Source: Candidatus Tepidifontimicrobium thermophilum
Lineage (GTDB): Bacteria; Sysuimicrobiota; Sysuimicrobiia; Sysuimicrobiales; Sysuimicrobiaceae
Direction: 5' to 3'
DNA length: 40,435 nt
Assembly (NCBI GenBank): GCA_031459915.1
Contig: JAVKHO010000020.1
Coordinates: forward strand, 1 to 40,435
Shown: positions 35,111 through 40,435 of the stretch, piece after piece
How positions within the stretch are numbered: the stretch's first letter is position 1
Layout: each line of letters starts with the position of its first letter
Made by a program: the position numbers and the translations under genes
The notes under the pieces: model-generated
Databases searched by the model: none
Told to the model about the DNA's origin: nothing
Seen by the model: only the letters and a program-made list of their open reading frames with translations

Positions 35111-35772
35111 AGGACTCCCTCCCGAAGCACCGGGCCGAGTCTGTCCTTCAAGAAGCGCCGCGCCCGGTGCAATCTCGACTTCACGGTGCCCAAGGGTAAC
35201 CTGAGGATCTGCGCGATCTCCTCGTAGGCGAAGCCCTCCACGTCGCACAGCAGCACCACCGCGCGCAGCTCCGGACTGAGCTCGCCGAGAGCCCGCTGGA
35301 CCTCTGCGTCCAAAACCGGATCCACCACCAGGGCCTCCGGGTCTCCAGAGGGGTCGGGGACCGCCCGCTCCACCTCTCCCCCTGAACGCGTGGCAGCCGG
35401 TTGGTCCAGGGACTCCACCCTCACGCCACGCCGGCGCCGGACGGAGTCGATGAAGAGGTTGGTGACGATCCGGTAAAGCCACCCGTCCAGTGGCACCCCG
35501 GGCCGGATCCGGTCCAGGGACCGGAACACCCGCAGGAACGCCTCCTGGGTCAGGTCCTGCGCGTCCGCGTCGTTGCCCGTCATCCGGTACGCCAGGTTGA
35601 ACACCTGCCGGCTGTACCGCCGGACGATCTGCTCGAACCGCTCGGCATCCTGCCCGGCCTCAGCCGAACGTGCGTCCGGAGGATTCAAAAAGGCTTCCCT
35701 CGCGACCCCCACGCCCGTGGTTACGCTCCGGGCGCTTCGTGGGGTTCCCTGACCGTCTCTTCCGCGTTCCAC
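35107..35772 (-). CDS. ECF RNA polymerase sigma factor (RpoE/SigE-like)
   Basis: FE.IV..Y...VF.LAYRM.G...DAQDL.QE.F, WLYRI.TN..ID, L....R.VV.L.D.EG..YEEIA.IL..P.GTVKSRLHRAR; start GTG 35772 or 35712. Confidence 0.92.
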   Translation of the reverse strand: MERGRDGQGTPRSARSVTTGVGVAREAFLNPPDARSAEAGQDAERFEQIVRRYSRQVFNLAYRMTGNDADAQDLTQEAFLRVFRSLDRIRPGVPLDGWLYRIVTNLFIDSVRRRRGVRVESLDQPAATRSGGEVERAVPDPSGDPEALVVDPVLDAEVQRALGELSPELRAVVLLCDVEGFAYEEIAQILRLPLGTVKSRLHRARRFLKDRLGPVLREGVL

Positions 35773-35837
35773 CCCTCCCCTCCCGCTTCCTGGCGTTGGG
35801 CGGGATGTTGAGGGAAGACCCTACGTCCCGAATCGTC

Positions 35838-36191
35838 TTACGGCACCAGCAAGTAGGGTCTGAGCTTGTCCAACGTCTTACGGCCGATGCCCTTGACCCG
35901 CAAGAGGTCCTCCGGACGCGTGTACTGTCCGTTGCGGGCCCGGTCCTCGACGATGCGCCGGGCCAGCACCGGCCCGATCCCCGGAAGCCGCTCCAGCTCC
36001 TCCGCGGTGGCCAGGTTCACCGAAACCGCCAGCGGTCCCGGGGAGGCCGCAGGCCGCCAGGTGGCAGGTGGCTCGGGCGAACCCTCGACCACCACAGGAG
36101 GGAGGCCCGGGCGGACCCACGGCACGGCCAGGGCCGCCACCACCGCCCCGCACGCCAGGGCCAGGACCAGGGCCTCGTTGCGCGTGAACAT
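35838..36191 (-). CDS. comEA: ComEA-like helix-hairpin-helix DNA-binding membrane protein (117 aa)
   Basis: N-terminal TM, Pro-rich linker, VNLATAEELERLPGIGP.LA.RIV..R..NG.Y...EDL.RVKGIG. Confidence 0.82.
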   Translation of the reverse strand: MFTRNEALVLALACGAVVAALAVPWVRPGLPPVVVEGSPEPPATWRPAASPGPLAVSVNLATAEELERLPGIGPVLARRIVEDRARNGQYTRPEDLLRVKGIGRKTLDKLRPYLLVP

Positions 36192-36254
36192 CCTCCCGTG
36201 TAAGTAAACGCGGCAGCGGGCCCGGTTGGCACCTTCTCGAAAGGCGGAGTGCGA

Positions 36255-38735
36255 CTACCCCTTGGCCTCCGCGGGCACGGGCTCGGAGACGATGTTCACC
36301 ACCTTGCCGGGCACGTACACGACGTCCTTCACCACGCGGCCATCAAGGTGCTGGCGGACCCGCTCGCTGGCCAGGGCCAGGGCGCGGGCCTCCGCCTCGG
36401 GCAGGTCCTCGGGCACGGTCAGCCGGTCCCGCACCCGGCCGTCCACCTGCACCACCAGGGTCACCTCAGGCGTGCGGGCCAGCTCCGGGTCGTACGTGGG
36501 CCAGGCCTGCGTGTGCACGCTGTACGGTCCCCCGATCCGCTCCCACAGCTCCTCCGCCAGGTGCGGGGCCACCGGAGCCAGCATCAGGATCAGCGACCGT
36601 AATGCCTCCTCCCACGCGGGACTGCCCACAAGGCGCTCACGGACCCGGTACAGGTGGTTGGTCAGCTCCATCAGGGCTGCCAGGGCCGTGTTGAACCCGA
36701 AACGCTCGAAGTCCTCCGTCACCTTCCGGACGGTCCGGTGGGTGCGCCGGCGCAGCTCCAGCACCTCGTCCTCGGGCCAGGGACCCTGCAACCTCTGCGT
36801 CGGTCCGGTCACCAGGTCCCACACCCGCCGCAGGAACCGCGCCACCCCTTCGATGTCCCGGCTGCTCCACGGCCCCCCTTCCTCCCAGGGCCGCATGAAC
36901 ATGAGGTACGCACGCACCACGTCCGCCCCGTACCGGGCCACCTGCTCGTCGGGGTCCACCACGTTGCCCCGGGACTTGCTCATCTTCTCCCCGTCCTCGC
37001 CCAGAATCACCCCCTGGTTGAAAAGGCGCAGCATGGGCTCCCGGAAGGGCAGCAGGCCCAGGTCCGCCAGGGCCTTGGTGAAAAACCGCGTGTACAGCAG
37101 GTGCATCACCGCGTGCTCCGCCCCGCCCGTGTACTGGTCTACCGGGCACCAGTAGGCCACCTGCTCCGGGTCAAAGGGCGCCCGGTCCTCGTGGGGGGAC
37201 AGGTACCGGTACTGGTACCAAGAGGAGTCCACGAAGGTGTCCATGGTGTCCGTCTCCCGCTCCGCGGGACCCTGGCAGCGCGGGCAGTGGGTCCGCCGGA
37301 AGCCCTCGTGGTACTTCAGGGGAGACTCGCCCGTGGGCATGAAGTCCACGTCCTCGGGCAGCAACACGGGCAGGTCCTCGTACGGCACGGGCACGGTCCC
37401 GCACCGCTCGCAGTACACGATGGGGATGGGCGTCCCCCAGTACCGCTGCCGGCTGATGAGCCAGTCCCGCAGCCGGTAGTTCACCGCCCGCCTTCCGCGC
37501 CCCGTTTCCTCCAGCCACGCGATGACCCTGGGGATGCCCTCCGGTACCGGGGTGCCGTCAAACGGACCCGAGTTCACCATCCGGCCGGGCCCCTCGTACG
37601 CAGCCGCCAGAGGCTCCAAAAGCGGCTCCCCCGGCGGCTGGATCACCACCGGCACGGGCAGGCCGTACTTGCGGGCGAACTCGAAGTCCCGCTGGTCGTG
37701 GGCCGGCACGCCCATGATGGCCCCCGTCCCGTAGCCCATGAGCACGTAGTCCGCGATCCAGATGGGGATGCGCTGGTCGTTGACGGGGTTCGTGGCGTAG
37801 CTGCCCAAAAACACCCCCGTCTTCTCCCGCTCCGTGCTCATCCGGTCGATCTCGCTCTGACGGCGGGCCTGGTACGTGTACGCCTCCACCTCCGCCCGCC
37901 GGTCCGGAGCGGTGAGGACGGGCACCAACGGGTGTTCGGGCGCCAGCACCATGAAGGTGGCACCCCACAGCGTGTCGGGCCGCGTGGTGAACACCACCAG
38001 GGGGTGCTGGGAGCCGTCCGGCGCGTGGGCGGTGAAGGTGACCTCCGCCCCCTCGCTCCGTCCGATCCAGTTCCGCTGCATGGTGATGATCCGTTCCGGC
38101 CAGTCGATCCCGGAGAAGTCCAGCAGCTCGTCCGCGTATTTCGTGATGCGGAAGAACCACTGCTCCAGGTCCTTCTTCACCACCGGGGTGTCGCACCGCT
38201 CACACCGACGGTCTGCACCCACCACCTGCTCCCGCGCCAGGGTCGTGTTGCAGTTCGGGCACCAGTCCACCGGGGCCAGGGCCCGGTACGCCAGACCCGC
38301 CTCGTAGAACTTCAGGAAGAACCACTGGTTCCACCGGTAGTACTCCGGCTCGCACGTGACAATCTCCCGCGACCAGTCGAACATGGCCCCCATGGACCGC
38401 AGCTGGCGGCGCATCCGCTCGATGTTCCCCAAAGTCCACGTCTTCGGGTGGATCCCGTGCTTGATGGCCGCGTTCTCCGCCGGCAGCCCGAAGGCGTCAA
38501 ACCCGATGGGGAACAGCACGTTGTACCCCCGCATCCGCCGGTAGCGGGCCGCAGCGTCGCTGGGCGCCATGGCGTACCAGTGGCCGATGTGCAGGTCCCC
38601 GCTGGGATACGGGTACATGGTGAGGAAGTAGAACTTGGGCCGGTCGCTGCGGTCTGGGGTCCGGTACAGCCCGTCCCGCTCCCACCGGGCCTGCCACTTG
38701 GCCTCCAGGGCCCTCGGATCGTAGCGCTGGCTCAT
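36255..38735 (-). CDS. leuS: Leucine--tRNA ligase (826 aa)
   Basis: MYPYPSG.LHIGH, DAFGLPAENAAI, FTTRPDT editing motif, RLRDW.ISRQRYWG, TMDTF.DSSWY, KMSKS. Confidence 0.98.
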   Translation of the reverse strand: MSQRYDPRALEAKWQARWERDGLYRTPDRSDRPKFYFLTMYPYPSGDLHIGHWYAMAPSDAAARYRRMRGYNVLFPIGFDAFGLPAENAAIKHGIHPKTWTLGNIERMRRQLRSMGAMFDWSREIVTCEPEYYRWNQWFFLKFYEAGLAYRALAPVDWCPNCNTTLAREQVVGADRRCERCDTPVVKKDLEQWFFRITKYADELLDFSGIDWPERIITMQRNWIGRSEGAEVTFTAHAPDGSQHPLVVFTTRPDTLWGATFMVLAPEHPLVPVLTAPDRRAEVEAYTYQARRQSEIDRMSTEREKTGVFLGSYATNPVNDQRIPIWIADYVLMGYGTGAIMGVPAHDQRDFEFARKYGLPVPVVIQPPGEPLLEPLAAAYEGPGRMVNSGPFDGTPVPEGIPRVIAWLEETGRGRRAVNYRLRDWLISRQRYWGTPIPIVYCERCGTVPVPYEDLPVLLPEDVDFMPTGESPLKYHEGFRRTHCPRCQGPAERETDTMDTFVDSSWYQYRYLSPHEDRAPFDPEQVAYWCPVDQYTGGAEHAVMHLLYTRFFTKALADLGLLPFREPMLRLFNQGVILGEDGEKMSKSRGNVVDPDEQVARYGADVVRAYLMFMRPWEEGGPWSSRDIEGVARFLRRVWDLVTGPTQRLQGPWPEDEVLELRRRTHRTVRKVTEDFERFGFNTALAALMELTNHLYRVRERLVGSPAWEEALRSLILMLAPVAPHLAEELWERIGGPYSVHTQAWPTYDPELARTPEVTLVVQVDGRVRDRLTVPEDLPEAEARALALASERVRQHLDGRVVKDVVYVPGKVVNIVSEPVPAEAKG

Positions 38736-38748
38736 GGTCCCCGCCCCC

Positions 38749-39705
38749 TCAGTCCCCCGGCGACGGCGCCGGCTCCGAGCGACGGGCGGACCGCACGGGC
38801 GTGAGCCACCCGTGGCGATCCGGCACCCGCCCGGAGACCACGTCGTAGAACGCCTTCTGGACCTTCTCCGTCACGGGCCCGCGTCGGCCGGCACCCACCG
38901 GGATCCGGTCCACGCTCCTGACCGGTGTGATCTCCGCTGCGGTGCCCGTCAGGAAGATCTCGTCCGCCAGGTACAGCATCTCCCGCGGCAGGGAGACCTC
39001 CCGCACCTCGTAGCCGAGCTCCCGCAGGAGGGTGATCGCCACCTGCCGCGTGACCCCGGGCAGGATGGAGTGGGCCAGGGAGGGCGTGTACACCACGTCG
39101 TCCCGCACCACGAACACGTTCTCCCCGCTGCCCTCGCTGACATGCCCCTCCACGTCCAGGGCGATGGCCTCCGCGAAACCCCCGTCCCGCGCCTCCATGG
39201 TCATGAGCTGGGAGTTGATGTAGTTGCCCGCGATCTTGGCCATGGCGGGGTGGGTGGCAGGCGCCATGCGCCGCCACGTGGACACCACCACGTCCACCCC
39301 CTGCTCCAACGCCTCGGGTCCCAGGTAGGCGCCCCACTCCAGGGTCAGAATGGCGACCTCCGTCGGCGCCTTCCGAGGATCCAGCCCGAACGCGCCTGCT
39401 CCCCGGTAGACCAAGGGGCGGATGTAGCACGCACGGTGCTCGTTGTACCCCACCGTCTCCAGGATGGCCTGGCTGATCTGGTCGGGGCTGTAAGGGACCT
39501 CCATGCGGAAGACCCTGCAGGAGTCGAACAGGCGGCGGACGTGGGCTCCCAGGCAGAACACCGCGGGGCCCTGCGGGGTGTCGTACGCCCGGATCCCCTC
39601 GAACACGCTGCTCCCGTAGTGCAGGGCGTGGGCCGCCACGTGGACCGTGGCCTGCTCCCACGGCACCATCTTGCCGTTGTGCCACACGTACCGCCCCGGT
39701 GTCAT
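38749..39705 (-). CDS. ilvE: Branched-chain amino acid aminotransferase (318 aa)
   Basis: HALHYGS.VFEGIRAY, YIRP, AK..GNYINSQL, SEGSGEN.F, ILPG.TR, DEIF.TGTAAE.TP. Confidence 0.96.
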   Translation of the reverse strand: MTPGRYVWHNGKMVPWEQATVHVAAHALHYGSSVFEGIRAYDTPQGPAVFCLGAHVRRLFDSCRVFRMEVPYSPDQISQAILETVGYNEHRACYIRPLVYRGAGAFGLDPRKAPTEVAILTLEWGAYLGPEALEQGVDVVVSTWRRMAPATHPAMAKIAGNYINSQLMTMEARDGGFAEAIALDVEGHVSEGSGENVFVVRDDVVYTPSLAHSILPGVTRQVAITLLRELGYEVREVSLPREMLYLADEIFLTGTAAEITPVRSVDRIPVGAGRRGPVTEKVQKAFYDVVSGRVPDRHGWLTPVRSARRSEPAPSPGD

Positions 39706-39749
39706 GCGTCCCTCCCCTGCGGCCCAGCGGCCGAATAGACCTGCTCCTC

Positions 39750-39789
39750 AAAGCCGCGAGCCTCCGCCCGCCAAGGGACGGAGGCTCGC
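39750..39789 (-). terminator. T-box terminator hairpin
   Basis: GCGAGCCUCCGUCC-CUUGGC-GGGCGGAGGCUCGC (14 bp, one G.U) followed by GGCUUU; overlaps the antiterminator 3' strand; U-tract is weak. Confidence 0.65.
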
Positions 39790-39818
39790 CTCCGCGGTAC
39801 CACCCTCGTTGGCAAGTT

Positions 39819-39894
39819 TGGTGGAGCCAAGGGGACTCGAACCCCTGACCTCGTGCATGCCATGCACGCGCTCTCCCAGCTGAGCTATGGCCCC
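39819..39894 (-). tRNA. tRNA-Ala (anticodon GGC), CCA encoded
   Basis: GGGGCCATAGCTCAGCTGGGAGAGCGCGTGCATGGCATGCACGAGGTCAGGGGTTCGAGTCCCCTTGGCTCCACCA: 76 nt, full cloverleaf, G3.U70 alanine determinant, GTTCGA T-loop. Confidence 0.97.
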
Positions 39895-40080
39895 AGACCT
39901 GCCCTCTTGAAGCCCTTCACGCGGGCTGACGGCACCGGCTACCCCGCCTCGCGGATCGCCGGCGCGGCTCCCCGGGCGAGTTCTGCCGGGCTCCGGCTCC
40001 CCGGTCCCACCGCCCGGGGTCGCTGGCCAGCTTGGCCCGGCATACTACTCCCGGTCCTCGCCACCTCCATCCGTCCCCCA

Positions 40081-40110
40081 AGTATACGGAAGCCCCCGCG
40101 GGGGCGTCAA
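40081..40110 (-). promoter_or_regulatory. sigma70 promoter of the T-box/tRNA/ilvE-leuS transcript
   Basis: TTGACG (40110-40105), 18-nt spacer, TATACT (40086-40081), about 18 nt before Stem I. Confidence 0.8.
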
Positions 40111-40371
40111 AGCCGCCCGGGGATGAGAGCACAAGTGCTCCCACAGGCCCCCTTTCGTGCACCAGGGTTCTCCCCTGGTTCGCCCCCTCCCCCTGTGCCT
40201 CCCCCTGCCTCCCCTCCGTGGTTGTGTGGTGAGGTGATGGATGGTGGGTGGTCTGCGTTGTTTGTTCTGGTGGTATCGGGCGCCTTGGGCGGTTTTAGGC
40301 CCCTGGTGGGTTTCACAGGTCCCCCTTTTCTGGGCTTAGGGGGCCTTCTTCCTGGTGCTGGGGGGCTGTGT

Positions 40372-40387
40372 TGGCACGCAATTTGCT
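40372..40387 (+). promoter_or_regulatory. Putative sigma54 promoter facing out of the window
   Basis: TGGCACGCAATTTGCT matches consensus TGGCACG-N4-TTGCW. Confidence 0.7.
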
Positions 40388-40435
40388 CCACAGGCGCACC
40401 CCCATCCCGTCCCCTCTGGGTGTGGGCTTAGGGGG

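Larger units (their letters stand above)
39750..40062 (-). promoter_or_regulatory. Leucine T-box riboswitch (specifier CUC) controlling ilvE-leuS, with tRNA-Ala inside Stem III
   Basis: Stem I 40062-39966: K-turn GGC-GAGGA/GGA-GCC, AGUAGUA, helix UGCCGGGC/GCCCGGCA, AGCGA bulge, GGUGGGA distal loop, specifier loop GAA-CUC-G (CUC at 39980-39978). Then Stem II, CCGUCA, T-box AGGGUGGUACCGCG, antiterminator and overlapping terminator. Confidence 0.92.

Noticed and set aside
35838..36254. comEA directly after leuS as a novel link
   Set aside because: leuS-comEA adjacency is a familiar gene order; only the absence of comEC here differs, and it may be elsewhere in the genome
36654..38804. 716-aa antisense ORF over leuS, and similar long antisense or alternate-frame ORFs throughout
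   Set aside because: Expected shadow ORFs in high-GC coding DNA; no motifs or RBS
39819..39894. tRNA as an integration site of a prophage or island
   Set aside because: No integrase or duplicated tRNA 3' end seen in the window; both flanks are continuous T-box elements
39853..40431. ORFs 39853-40431 (+), 40107-40391 (-) and 39917-40162 (-)
   Set aside because: They overlap the tRNA, T-box or promoters and have low-complexity translations
1..40435. CRISPR array, IS element or defence system
   Set aside because: No regularly spaced repeats, transposase, cas or recognisable defence genes seen

Overview
GC-rich bacterial chromosomal window with no CRISPR array, rRNA or mobile element visible. 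Left half (1536-23651, minus strand): a ~22-kb Wzx/Wzy-type exopolysaccharide/capsule operon (wza-like, wzc-like, nucleotide-sugar dehydrogenase, wzy, wzx, five GT2, GT4, fused GT4-GT4, epimerase, AsnB-type amidotransferase, CapK-like ligase, one unknown protein). Its leader holds a small DUF2292/YezD/OscA-like gene and an overlapping antiterminator/terminator, and is preceded by an aspartate-less NarL/LuxR regulator with a sigma54-type promoter. A convergent glycoside-hydrolase-like lipoprotein closes the cluster. Right half: rpsU-yqeY-Nudix-patA-M24 peptidase, a membrane diguanylate cyclase, a PaaK-like ligase, a pdaD-speE-speB polyamine operon, an ECF sigma/anti-sigma/RseB-like module, comEA, and ilvE-leuS. 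The most striking feature is a complete leucine T-box riboswitch (specifier CUC) upstream of ilvE-leuS whose Stem III loop is an intact 76-nt tRNA-Ala(GGC) gene. All calls come from reading motifs by eye; no database search was run, and many start codons were moved from the ORF track using RBS and stop/start overlaps.
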